Notes under the pieces: model-generated
Databases searched by the model: none
Seen by the model: only the letters and a program-made list of their open reading frames with translations
What the model was told of the DNA's origin: nothing
Translations under genes and position numbers: made by a program
Shown: piece by piece, positions 28,474 to 36,877 of the stretch
Layout: every line of letters starts with the position of its first letter
How positions within the stretch are numbered: position 1 is the stretch's first letter
NCBI GenBank assembly: GCA_043757845.1
Contig: JAYVOQ010000059.1
Span: 6,267-70,266, forward strand
Source of the DNA: Hyphomicrobiales bacterium
GTDB lineage: Bacteria; Pseudomonadota; Alphaproteobacteria; Rhizobiales; Aestuariivirgaceae
DNA length: 64,000 nucleotides
Direction: 5' to 3'

Positions 28474-30688
28474 GCCCGTTCCTGCATTTAGACCCCACAA
28501 GGGCAATCTGCCTACGGCTGAAGAGATTTTGAACTTCATCACTTCAACGCCTGGCGTTGTGGGCAAGCGCGAAATAGCGAAAGCTTTTGGGTTGCAAGGT
28601 GAGGCAAAAATTGCACTCAAGAAATTGCTGAAAGAGATGGCTGGTGCGGGACAGGTTGCTGCAAAACGCAAACGCTTAGCAGTCAAGAACTCATTGCCTT
28701 CCACTGGCGTGATAGAAGTGACTGGCGAAGATAAAGACGGAGAACTTATTGGCACTTTTGTGAATGATGCGGGCGCAGCTTGGACCCTGCCTTTGTTGGT
28801 TGTTTCTGCTGAAGGCAAAGCGCCCAAGCGTGGAGACCGCGTGGTGGCCAAGATTGAAGCCCTGCCGCACCATCCAGTTTATCGCCATAAAGCCAAAGTA
28901 ATGCGCGTCCTGCCTGCTTCAACGCGTGGGCGTTTGTTAGGCGTGTTTAAGCTGGTCAAAGGCAAGGGTGCGCGGATCATTCCGGTTGAGAAAAAGGCGC
29001 GCCAAGAATATCAGGTTTTGGCCGCAGATGAAGGTGGTGCAACCAGTGGCGAACTGGTTGCATTTGAAATTGTCCATGAACATGGTTTTGGACTTCCTGC
29101 CGCCAAAGTGCGTGAATTATTGGGCGATTTAAATGACCCGCGCAACATTTCGCTCATTGCCATCAATCAACACGGAATTCCCAACCGATTTCCTGAAAAG
29201 GTTTTGACAGAGACTGAAGATCTCAAACCCTTCGATGAACGTGGGCGCGAAGATTTCACTTTGGTACCGCTCATCACCATTGATCCTGCAGATGCACGCG
29301 ATCATGATGATGCAGTATTTGCTGAAAAAGATGACGCTGTTGACAATGTTGGTGGCCATAAAGTTATCGTGGCGATCGCGGATGTTTCGGCTTATGTGCG
29401 ACCCGGCTCGGCATTAGACAAAGAGGCTCGGTTTCGTGGAAACTCGGTTTATTTTCCCGATCTCGTTGTCCCGATGTTGCCCGAACGAATTTCGAACGAT
29501 CTGTGTTCTTTGCGCGAAGATCAAAAGCGCCCTGCCCTTGTTTGTCTTATGCGTTTTGATCGTCATGGGCATAAAATTGCGCAGCGTTTTGCACGCGGTA
29601 TAATGCGTTCGCACGCTAAACTTTCCTATGAAGAAGCCCAAGCGGCGATTGACGGTCGACAAGCCCCCAAGACAGATCGCTTGTTGAAGAGTGTTTTGCA
29701 GCCGCTATGGGCGGCTTACCGCACCCTCAAGAAGGCCCAAGATCAGCGCTCACCACTGGCGTTAGATTTGCCAGAACGTAAAATTGTTCTTGATGATAAA
29801 GGCAGCGTCGCAAAAGTTGTGGTTCCGCCACGCTTAGATGCACATAGGCTGATTGAAGAGTTTATGATCCAAGCTAATGTGGCCGCAGCTGAAGAATTAG
29901 AAAAGCGTAAGTCACCTTTGCTTTACCGTGTGCATGAACAGCCTTCGCCAGAGAAACTTAAGGCGCTGGTTAGTTTTTTAAAAACCATCAGCCGCGAATG
30001 GACTGTTGGTCAGGCGGTTAAACCGGCGCAATTCAACAAACTGCTGCAATCAGTAAAGGGCGAGGATTATGAGCAGCTGGTGCATTCGATCGTGCTTCGC
30101 ACCCAAGCTCAGGCGGCTTATGCTTCCGATAACCTTGGTCATTTTGGTTTGTCCTTGCAGCGTTATGCACATTTCACTTCTCCCATTCGGCGCTATGCCG
30201 ATTTGATTGTGCACCGCGCTTTGATCTCTGCTTTAAAGTTGGGATCAGACGGGTTGTCATCAGACGATGTAGCGCAGCTGGATGAAACGGCTGAAATGAT
30301 TGGCCTGGCCGAGCGTCGCGCCATGTTGGCCGAGCGTGAAACGACGGACCGTTTGATTGCGTCCTTCCTTGAGCCTCAAACCGGCGCCCAATTTAGAGGT
30401 AAGATTTCCGGGGTTGTGGGTGCTGGGTTGTTCGTGGTTTTGAATGACACTGGTGCTGATGGTTTTGTTCCGGTTTCTAGCTTGGGCCGTGATTACTTTG
30501 TTTTCAGCGAAGTGAACCACAGCCTGCGGGGCGAACGCACGGGTGAGACATTTCAACTCGGTGACAGAGTTGACGTCAAACTTCTAGAAGTGGCACCTAT
30601 CCGCGGTGGCTTGCGTTTCGAGATGGTATCGGAGGGCCGGCAGAGCACCGTGTCAACCCGGGCGAAGCGAAAAGGCAAAAGAAGATGA
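28463..30688 (+). CDS. rnr: ribonuclease R
   Basis: RNB catalytic segment IDPADARDHDDAV, C-terminal S1 domain and basic tail. The GTG start overlaps the topA end by 11 nt. Confidence 0.93.
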   Translation: MPRKPVPAFRPHKGNLPTAEEILNFITSTPGVVGKREIAKAFGLQGEAKIALKKLLKEMAGAGQVAAKRKRLAVKNSLPSTGVIEVTGEDKDGELIGTFVNDAGAAWTLPLLVVSAEGKAPKRGDRVVAKIEALPHHPVYRHKAKVMRVLPASTRGRLLGVFKLVKGKGARIIPVEKKARQEYQVLAADEGGATSGELVAFEIVHEHGFGLPAAKVRELLGDLNDPRNISLIAINQHGIPNRFPEKVLTETEDLKPFDERGREDFTLVPLITIDPADARDHDDAVFAEKDDAVDNVGGHKVIVAIADVSAYVRPGSALDKEARFRGNSVYFPDLVVPMLPERISNDLCSLREDQKRPALVCLMRFDRHGHKIAQRFARGIMRSHAKLSYEEAQAAIDGRQAPKTDRLLKSVLQPLWAAYRTLKKAQDQRSPLALDLPERKIVLDDKGSVAKVVVPPRLDAHRLIEEFMIQANVAAAEELEKRKSPLLYRVHEQPSPEKLKALVSFLKTISREWTVGQAVKPAQFNKLLQSVKGEDYEQLVHSIVLRTQAQAAYASDNLGHFGLSLQRYAHFTSPIRRYADLIVHRALISALKLGSDGLSSDDVAQLDETAEMIGLAERRAMLAERETTDRLIASFLEPQTGAQFRGKISGVVGAGLFVVLNDTGADGFVPVSSLGRDYFVFSEVNHSLRGERTGETFQLGDRVDVKLLEVAPIRGGLRFEMVSEGRQSTVSTRAKRKGKRR

Positions 30689-31068
30689 AGAGGTCTGTCT
30701 GGCGCTCATTATGGCGCGGCTTCAATTTGCGCTGCCCGAACTGTGGCCATCAACACTTGTTGTCTGGCTATCTTAAGGTTGCGCCCAACTGTCGCAACTG
30801 CGGCGCGGATTTATCTGTGCATCAGGCGGATGATGCGCCACCCTATTTCACCATTATCATTGTTGCTCATATTGTGATGCCATTGATGGTGGTTGTGGAA
30901 AAGCTGTGGTCGCCGCCGATTGGTATTCAGTTGGTCGTGTGGCTGCCTTTGATTGCTGGCCTCAGCCTCTGGCTCCTCCCCAAGGTCAAAGGGGCCGTCG
31001 TGGGGCTGCAGTGGGCCCTGCGTCTGCATGGATTTGGCGAAGGTAAGGATTTGCCGTCTGAACCTTGA
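30685..31068 (+). CDS. DUF983 domain membrane protein (zinc-ribbon plus 2 TM)
   Basis: CPNCG...CRNCG ribbon followed by two hydrophobic helices. ATGA overlap with rnr. Confidence 0.7.
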   Translation: MKRSVWRSLWRGFNLRCPNCGHQHLLSGYLKVAPNCRNCGADLSVHQADDAPPYFTIIIVAHIVMPLMVVVEKLWSPPIGIQLVVWLPLIAGLSLWLLPKVKGAVVGLQWALRLHGFGEGKDLPSEP

Positions 31069-31115
31069 CTTTGCGGGCGGATTAGGGTCTATCCACGCGA
31101 AATCGGAGTTTTGTT

Positions 31116-31283
31116 ATGGCTAAAGGCAATGTGATCAAGATCAAGTTGGCGTCTTCAGAAGACACTGGCTTTTTTTATGTAACCAAGAAGAATTCACGCA
31201 CCAAAACTGACAAATTGGTGTTCCGCAAATATGATCCTGTTGTGCGCAAGCATGTTGAGTTTAAGGAAACCAAGATTAAGTAG
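31116..31283 (+). CDS. rpmG: 50S ribosomal protein L33
   Basis: Below the ORF-track length cutoff. Hand translation gives [55 protein letters not shown] (55 aa), a typical L33. Confidence 0.9.
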   Translation: MAKGNVIKIKLASSEDTGFFYVTKKNSRTKTDKLVFRKYDPVVRKHVEFKETKIK

Positions 31284-31311
31284 GTTCGCAGTAAGCACAG
31301 GCGAAATAAAG

Positions 31312-31335
31312 GCGCTGGGTTTCCGGCGCTTTTTT
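31312..31335 (+). terminator. rho-independent terminator after rpmG
   Basis: GCGCTGG-gttt-CCGGCGC stem (one G-U pair) followed by TTTTTT. Confidence 0.7.
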
Positions 31336-31355
31336 GTTGAGAGAACTTAAAATAA

Positions 31356-31491
31356 GCGCCGACCCGGGATTTGCAGAACGAGGAGGCCACTCAGTTCATT
31401 CCCGGATCGGCTTAACCTCGAAATCAGGAGATGCGGCGGACCTGACCTCAAGGCATCAGAAAACGATATGGCGCACACGTGCGCCAGTTTT
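31356..31491 (+). ncRNA. candidate structured small RNA (family unknown)
   Basis: Hairpin GCCGACCCGGGA (31358-69) / TCCCGGATCGGC (31400-11), 11 of 12 paired. Second stem GATGC/GCATC (31430-57). Terminator-like GGCGCA-cacg-TGCGCC (31470-85) followed by AGTTTT. No credible ORF in the region. Confidence 0.2.
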
Positions 31492-31720
31492 GCCTGCGTT
31501 ATATATTCTGCACTTTTTGAGTGGGACGGCGCTCTGGTGCTGAAGCAGAGAACCGTCCCGTTTGGAGTTGCTTGATCACCTGGAGAGGAGTTTCAAGCGC
31601 GAATTCTGTAACTATTCATTGGCCGAACAGCGGCCAAAAAGCCAGAATTTCCTATGGTAAACAAAGCTAATCGCGCATTAACGATGAACGGTTAAGGTAA
31701 ACGCGTCAGCATTCTAGCAA

Positions 31721-32473
31721 TTAACGCTCATCAGTTTGTTCATCTGGCTCTGGCAAGTGCATTTCAAGGGGTAACTGCTCGGTGCCGTCCAGCGGTTCTT
31801 CATCCGTTGTAAGCTCATCACTCAATTTGGGCAGCGGCACATCAAAACCTGGTGGCATGTTAGCATCCAGCAAGCCCGCTGTTTTTAATTCTTGCAAGCC
31901 CGGCAAATCGGTCAGTTCATTCAGGTTGAAATGTGAGAGGAAATCCTCTGTTGTGCCATAAGTTACGGGCCTGCCGGGCGTTTTGCGGCGGCCGCGCATT
32001 TTCACCCAACCAATTTCTAAAAGCTTATCGAGTGTTCCCTTTGAGATGGCAACGCCACGGATGTCTTCGATTTCAGCTCGGGTGACTGGTTGATGATAAG
32101 CCACAATCGCCAGAGTTTCGAGGGCGGCTTTGGTGAGGCGCTTCTGTTCGATTTTTTCGCGGCGCAGAATGTCGCCTAAATCAGTAGCGGTGCGCAGGGT
32201 AAATTTGCCGGCCACCTGCATAATTTGCACACCACGATTGGCATAGTTGGCAGACAAATCTTGCAACAGAGCAGTAACGTCAACATCACTAGGCAAGAAC
32301 TCAGCAAAAGCTTCAAGTGCCAGCGGTTCCTTTGCTGCAAAAAGCATGGCTTCAATGATACGCAAGGATTGCGCACGGTCCATTGCGGGGTGCATTGCAA
32401 TCACGGCATCTGGAGCAGCCCCAGCGTCACCATCATCGTCCATGTTTTCGATCATCACAGTCAACCCACTCAT
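31721..32473 (-). CDS. scpB: segregation and condensation protein B
   Basis: 250 aa. Tandem winged-helix ScpB core (RIIEAMLFAAKEPL ... ETLAIVAYHQPVTRAEIE) and an acidic tail. 4-nt overlap with scpA. Confidence 0.9.
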   Translation of the reverse strand: MSGLTVMIENMDDDGDAGAAPDAVIAMHPAMDRAQSLRIIEAMLFAAKEPLALEAFAEFLPSDVDVTALLQDLSANYANRGVQIMQVAGKFTLRTATDLGDILRREKIEQKRLTKAALETLAIVAYHQPVTRAEIEDIRGVAISKGTLDKLLEIGWVKMRGRRKTPGRPVTYGTTEDFLSHFNLNELTDLPGLQELKTAGLLDANMPPGFDVPLPKLSDELTTDEEPLDGTEQLPLEMHLPEPDEQTDER

Positions 32474-33291
32474 GAATTCGCTCCGTCACTCACATTTTGA
32501 TCGGCGCGGCGGCGAAGATATATTGGTTTGAAGGCCTCGTCTTGGCGCAACTCTATGCGGCCATCTCTTGCCAATTCCAAACTTGCAGTGAAGCTGGAGG
32601 CGCGAACCGAGCGGCGCGTTTCTTTGGTGGATAGAAAGTGCTCCAACCAGTGATCAAATGTGCCCCAGCTATCCATTTGGCCGACAAGTCGCTCGATTGC
32701 TTCACGCGCCTCTTTGATCGACCAGGTAAGCTGTCTTTTTATAGTATAGGATTGGCGCACCACTTTGCGTTGGCGCCGTTCGGCGTAAGCTTTTAAAAGA
32801 TCTAAAAGGTTATCTGCATATTCGCGTGTCACTTCAACCGTTAAGGCTTGCGGTGCGCCGCGTCCGAAAACATGGGTGTTTAGGAGGGGCCGTTTCATCA
32901 AGCTGGCCACACTCTCGCGCATCGCCTGTAGGCGTTGCAGCCGGAAGGCCAGTCGTGCCGCCATATCTTGCGGTGTGGTGTCATCACTGGCTGAAGGTTG
33001 AGGAATTAACAATCTGGATTTGAGGTAAGCCAGCCATGCGGCCATAACCAGATAATCGCCTGCCACATCAATGCGCAAAATTTTTGCCTTGTCGATAAAG
33101 GCTAGATATTGATCAGCTAAAGCAAGAATTGAAACTTGCCCTAAATCAATTTTATGAGCCCGCGCCAGCTCCAACAACAAATCGAGTGGACCTTCAAAGC
33201 CGCCCACGTCAACCACAAGCTCTTCGGCCGGAACTTGCACACGTTCCGGTGCCGCGCTCTGCGTCCATTGATCTGGCGTATTTTGATTCAC
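32470..33291 (-). CDS. scpA: segregation and condensation protein A (kleisin)
   Basis: FEGPLDLLLELARAHKIDL motif. The ORF runs to 33408, but the first 39 codons cover two perfect palindromes. GTG 33291 has GGGAG 5 nt upstream and gives 273 aa. ATG 33369 is the alternative. Confidence 0.85.
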   Translation of the reverse strand: MNQNTPDQWTQSAAPERVQVPAEELVVDVGGFEGPLDLLLELARAHKIDLGQVSILALADQYLAFIDKAKILRIDVAGDYLVMAAWLAYLKSRLLIPQPSASDDTTPQDMAARLAFRLQRLQAMRESVASLMKRPLLNTHVFGRGAPQALTVEVTREYADNLLDLLKAYAERRQRKVVRQSYTIKRQLTWSIKEAREAIERLVGQMDSWGTFDHWLEHFLSTKETRRSVRASSFTASLELARDGRIELRQDEAFKPIYLRRRADQNVSDGANS

Positions 33292-33356
33292 CGCGGCTCC
33301 CGTCTTGCGCACTTCGTTTCGCAGATACCAACTTGAGATTCGATACAATAGAGCGA

Positions 33357-33381
33357 TTTGATGTTTCATAGAAACATCAAA
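33357..33381. promoter_or_regulatory. perfect palindrome TTTGATGTTTC-ata-GAAACATCAAA (parS-like arms TGTTTC/GAAACA)
   Basis: 11-bp arms read directly, in the nagZ-scpA spacer. Confidence 0.35.
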
Positions 33382-33402
33382 ATCGCCTCTGTTTTGATAT
33401 TC

Positions 33403-33450
33403 GATCAACTTATCAGCGTTTAGACGATTCCGTCTAAACGCTGGTTGATC
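33403..33450. promoter_or_regulatory. long palindrome/hairpin GATCAAC-ttat-CAGCGTTTAGACG-attc-CGTCTAAACGCTG-GTTGATC
   Basis: 13-bp perfect inner stem plus a 7-bp outer stem, read directly. Confidence 0.35.
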
Positions 33451-33482
33451 TAGCCGTTTTTATCCCCAGAATCAGCATAGTC

Positions 33483-34505
33483 TTACGGGCTGCGCTGGCT
33501 ACTCATAATCGCCTCAAGATCGCCTAATGCTTGCTTTTCATCAAAGGGTTGCGGCTTGCGTTTTGACTTCAACGCCGCTTTGGCGCGGCGCGCGGTTTTA
33601 ACGCTCATCTCGGTTGCAGCAGCGGCCACTTCTTCCATCTCTTCTATCACACCATTGCAATGAAGAAGTATGTCGCAACCGGCCTCGTAGGCTTGGGCAG
33701 CTTTTTGCGTGAATGACCCGCTGAGGGCCTTCATCGAAAGGTCATCTGTTATCAACAGTCCATTAAAGCCAATGACGCGCCTGATCACTTGACGCACCAC
33801 TTTACGAGAAAAAGTTGCAGGAAATTCAGGATCGATGCAGGTAAAAATGACATGTGCTGTCATCGCCATCGGGCAATTTGCAAAGCCCGTGAAGGGCACA
33901 AAATCGATGCTTTCCAAATCAAGCCTAGATGCTGTGACGATCGGTAATCCATGATGACTGTCTACACCAGCACGGCCATGGCCGGGGATGTGTTTCATCA
34001 CCGGCAAAATGCCGCCTTCCATCAACCCTGCGATATGCGCATGGGCCAGAACAATCACGCGCTCGGGGCGGATGTCATAGGCACGGTTGCCAATCACCTC
34101 ATGAGCGCCAGGCTGGGGCACATCTAATACGGGAAGGCAACTGGCGGTGAAGCCTGCATCATCCAATTCCTGCGCCATCAAACGGCCGATATTGCGGGCA
34201 GTGCGCAGGGCAAGACCGGGGTTTATGTTATAGAGTTGGCCTAAGGCACGCACATCTGGATATTTGCGCCACAAGGGTGGACCAAGGCGTTGTACGCGAC
34301 CGCCTTCTTGGTCAACAAACACTGGCGCGTCCACACGCCCCACAGCTGATCGAAAGGACTTGATCAAGGCGCAGATTTGGCTTGGAGACTCGCAGTTTCG
34401 CTTAAAGAGAATAAGCCCCCATGGATTTACCTTAGCAAAAAACTGCATCTCAAGGATGGATAAGCTTAAAGATGCGCAGCCCAAGACGAGTGCACTAGAT
34501 TTCAA
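33483..34505 (-). CDS. nagZ: beta-N-acetylhexosaminidase (GH3)
   Basis: KHIPGHG...D motif region (MKHIPGHGRAGVDSHH), 340 aa. Confidence 0.9.
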   Translation of the reverse strand: MKSSALVLGCASLSLSILEMQFFAKVNPWGLILFKRNCESPSQICALIKSFRSAVGRVDAPVFVDQEGGRVQRLGPPLWRKYPDVRALGQLYNINPGLALRTARNIGRLMAQELDDAGFTASCLPVLDVPQPGAHEVIGNRAYDIRPERVIVLAHAHIAGLMEGGILPVMKHIPGHGRAGVDSHHGLPIVTASRLDLESIDFVPFTGFANCPMAMTAHVIFTCIDPEFPATFSRKVVRQVIRRVIGFNGLLITDDLSMKALSGSFTQKAAQAYEAGCDILLHCNGVIEEMEEVAAAATEMSVKTARRAKAALKSKRKPQPFDEKQALGDLEAIMSSQRSP

Positions 34506-36864
34506 TTTTTATAGCCCCCAATTTCGCTGCGTTATATGATTGGCGACGAACGACACAATCTCTTTCTCCAGCTGAGATAAGGGCAGAACACACGCTTGAG
34601 GCTGCGTCATTTGTTGCCATTGGGCCTAAATTCAACTTATAGCGGGTCGAGCCTGCAATTTGAGCTTGTGTAATGATAGGGGCATAACGGCTGATAATTG
34701 CGCCATGTTTGGCACTTAATCGCTGATATTCAGAATTGGCTTCAATTTTTGAGTTAAATGACGCCAATTGTGCAATATAGCCACTTTCGGCGGGTGTGGC
34801 TTGGGGCACCGCTATTAAAGCGCGTTGTGGTGCGGGCGTTAGGGCCAAAGGTGCCACAGGTTTTGCCGGCACTGCAATTGCCACTTGTGTCCCGCCATCA
34901 CCATAGAGACTGTTGCCCCCGGTTGCAGCAGTAGATGGGGTTGGCGCAGTCTTAGCCGACTTTATTTGTTGGCTTTCTGCAAAATTAGAGGGCGGAACCA
35001 AAACCAATGGTTTTGCGCCCAATGATTTGCCCAAGACGAGTTTCTTAAGATTGTCAGTTTTTTTCACTTTCGCAATTGGAAGCTCATTTTGCGATGGTTC
35101 ACCTGCCAAGGGCGTTGGCTTGTTGGCTGAAGGCTTTGTTGAAACGATTGCCTCAGTTGATGACTTCAAAGTATCAGCGGAAGCAACGGCGTTTTTGGTA
35201 TGAGGCGGCGTGGTTGAAGGTGGCGGATCTGGCAACGGCAAGGCGGTTTGTGCACTAGATGGGATGACGCTCGTCTGATCCACTGGTGAAGCCGTGCTGG
35301 CCGTTGGAATTGATGAAAGTGCCGCCGAACTTGGTTCGGCGGCTGGGGTTATGTTTGCTACATCAGTTTTGTCGTCAGGCGCCAAAGAACCTTGCTGGCC
35401 AGTTCCGCCCCCAGGCGGTGGCGGCAATGGTAAAGGCGTGCCGTCTGTCCCGTTTGTAGCCTTTGGCGCTTGGCCTTCAGGCATGACGGCTTTTGCGGCT
35501 CCGGGCTGAATTATGGGAGCCTCTTCACTTGACTTCAGCGGCCCTCCAGGAACTTCATGGTCCCCTTCGATGCGGTCATAGATGAGCTTTTTCGTCGTTG
35601 CGTCAGCTTGGCCTGTTTGGTTCGGCGTGTCTGGGGTGACTTTCGTCGGCGTAGCAGGTGCCGAGACGACGGGAACTGCATTATTTGCTGTGGCTGACCG
35701 TTGGTTCTTGAAATAATGGGCATAGCCATAAACAGCTGCAATAGCCACCAGCAGGCCCAACGCGATAAAGCTCAACAGGGTGACCAGCACGCGTGAGCGC
35801 GGTGCGTCTTCCTCGTAACCCAGCTCGTCGCGATAAGCTTGTTGATATTCATTGGCTGTTGCGCGCCTGCCTGTTGGGCGTACTGGCGTTGGCTCAAAGA
35901 CATCATCACTGACAATAGATCGGCCCAATGGAGGCCCTAAGGTCACTTGCGGCGCACGTGGGGCCGAAGGGGCTCGCGCTTCGGGAGCCGGGCCTAGTGG
36001 AGGCACGGACGGGCGGCGCTGCGCGGGTTGCGCTATATTGGGCGGCGAAGATTGGCGCATTGGCTGCGGCACATAAGGTTGGGCTGGAGGGGGAGCGTAT
36101 CCCGTATTGGGATCAATCGGCCGATAAGCCGGGGGCTGTTGAAAGCCATAACTGGGAGGAAATGGCTGTGGCTGAAAGCCACCTTGCTGACCATAGCTTG
36201 GCCCCTGTGGTGCAAAATTAGGCGGAGAACCAAAGCCGCCGCCGCCCAGTTGAGGGCGTGGCGGTTGAATCGGTTGGGCTGAAAAAGTATTGGTGGGAGC
36301 GGGTGATGCGCCATAGGTTGTAGTTGTCGCAGTCCTCGCAGCTTGCGCGGATGCTGTATCATCAGCAAAACTAAATTTAGGCTTTGCTGTGGCACCGCCA
36401 GCAGTCAGAGTTGCTTCTGCTTTGTTTTTGGCGGCTTGCACGCGCTGCAGTGCTAAGCGTTCAGCGGCATCGCGTTGGTCCTTCAGTTTGTTCGCAAGTG
36501 CATCTGTAGCCAAAGGTGGCGTGCGCGGTCCCGCAGTTCGTATAGGCGCTGGGGTTGGCGGTGAGGGTGGTACCGTACCGGGCTTTGCTCCAGCGGGCGG
36601 CAATACGCCGGGCACTTTGGTAATGGGCTTGATGGCGGCGCGTGGCGCCATGGGCGCAACTTTGCCCGGGGCGAAAGGTGTTGGCTTGTGTGACAATGGT
36701 TTATCTGCACTACCTGATACTTGAATTGGTTTATCAGGATCAACTGTTACTGGTTTGAAATCAGACGATAATTTCGGCATATCAGCCGCAGAGCTGGTTT
36801 TGCCAATGCCCAGCCTTTCGCGCCAATTGCGTTTATCAGAAGGGTTGCCCGAATTATCGTCCAT
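34495..36864 (-). CDS. SPOR domain-containing protein with a long Pro/Ala/Gln-rich low-complexity region and a central TM helix
   Basis: C-terminal SPOR-like module (YIAQLASFNSKIEANSEYQRLSAKHG...YKLNLGPM). TM segment LVTLLSFIALGLLVAIAAVYGYA. Canonical position between argS and nagZ. Confidence 0.8.
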   Translation of the reverse strand: MDDNSGNPSDKRNWRERLGIGKTSSAADMPKLSSDFKPVTVDPDKPIQVSGSADKPLSHKPTPFAPGKVAPMAPRAAIKPITKVPGVLPPAGAKPGTVPPSPPTPAPIRTAGPRTPPLATDALANKLKDQRDAAERLALQRVQAAKNKAEATLTAGGATAKPKFSFADDTASAQAARTATTTTYGASPAPTNTFSAQPIQPPRPQLGGGGFGSPPNFAPQGPSYGQQGGFQPQPFPPSYGFQQPPAYRPIDPNTGYAPPPAQPYVPQPMRQSSPPNIAQPAQRRPSVPPLGPAPEARAPSAPRAPQVTLGPPLGRSIVSDDVFEPTPVRPTGRRATANEYQQAYRDELGYEEDAPRSRVLVTLLSFIALGLLVAIAAVYGYAHYFKNQRSATANNAVPVVSAPATPTKVTPDTPNQTGQADATTKKLIYDRIEGDHEVPGGPLKSSEEAPIIQPGAAKAVMPEGQAPKATNGTDGTPLPLPPPPGGGTGQQGSLAPDDKTDVANITPAAEPSSAALSSIPTASTASPVDQTSVIPSSAQTALPLPDPPPSTTPPHTKNAVASADTLKSSTEAIVSTKPSANKPTPLAGEPSQNELPIAKVKKTDNLKKLVLGKSLGAKPLVLVPPSNFAESQQIKSAKTAPTPSTAATGGNSLYGDGGTQVAIAVPAKPVAPLALTPAPQRALIAVPQATPAESGYIAQLASFNSKIEANSEYQRLSAKHGAIISRYAPIITQAQIAGSTRYKLNLGPMATNDAASSVCSALISAGERDCVVRRQSYNAAKLGAIKIEI

Positions 36865-36877
36865 TCAACTTCCAACC

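Noticed and set aside
28162-28851. Long antisense ORFs in the track (28162..28851 -, 53904..54500 -, 1450..2022 -, 20192..20632 -, 10902..11417 -, and the many ORFs inside 34.9-36.7 kb)
   Set aside because: Each lies fully inside a strongly supported gene on the opposite strand or in another frame (topA/rnr, hss, SPFH, plsY, dehydrogenase, the Pro-rich SPOR gene). Their translations are low-complexity or Arg/Ser/Cys-rich shadow sequence with no motifs.
31438-31448. GGACCTGACCT, the reverse complement of the SRP RNA core AGGUCAGGUCC, suggesting a minus-strand 4.5S/SRP RNA
   Set aside because: The invariant continuation GGAAGGAAGCAGC of the SRP domain IV loop is absent (the sequence continues GCCGCAUCUCC). 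No closing helix of the right size is apparent.
31284-31720. RNase P RNA, tmRNA, 6S RNA or a tRNA in the long rpmG-scpB spacer
   Set aside because: There is no GGAAAGUCCGGGC or ACAGAACCCGGCUUA type RNase P blocks, no T-arm GGTTCGA plus CCA-type end for tmRNA or tRNA, and no single long bulged hairpin of 6S type. The locus is kept only as an unknown-family sRNA candidate.
33460-33468. DnaA-box-like TTATCCCCA near the palindromes (possible origin-like region)
   Set aside because: It is a single 8/9 match with no cluster of boxes, AT-rich unwinding element or origin-associated neighbouring genes.
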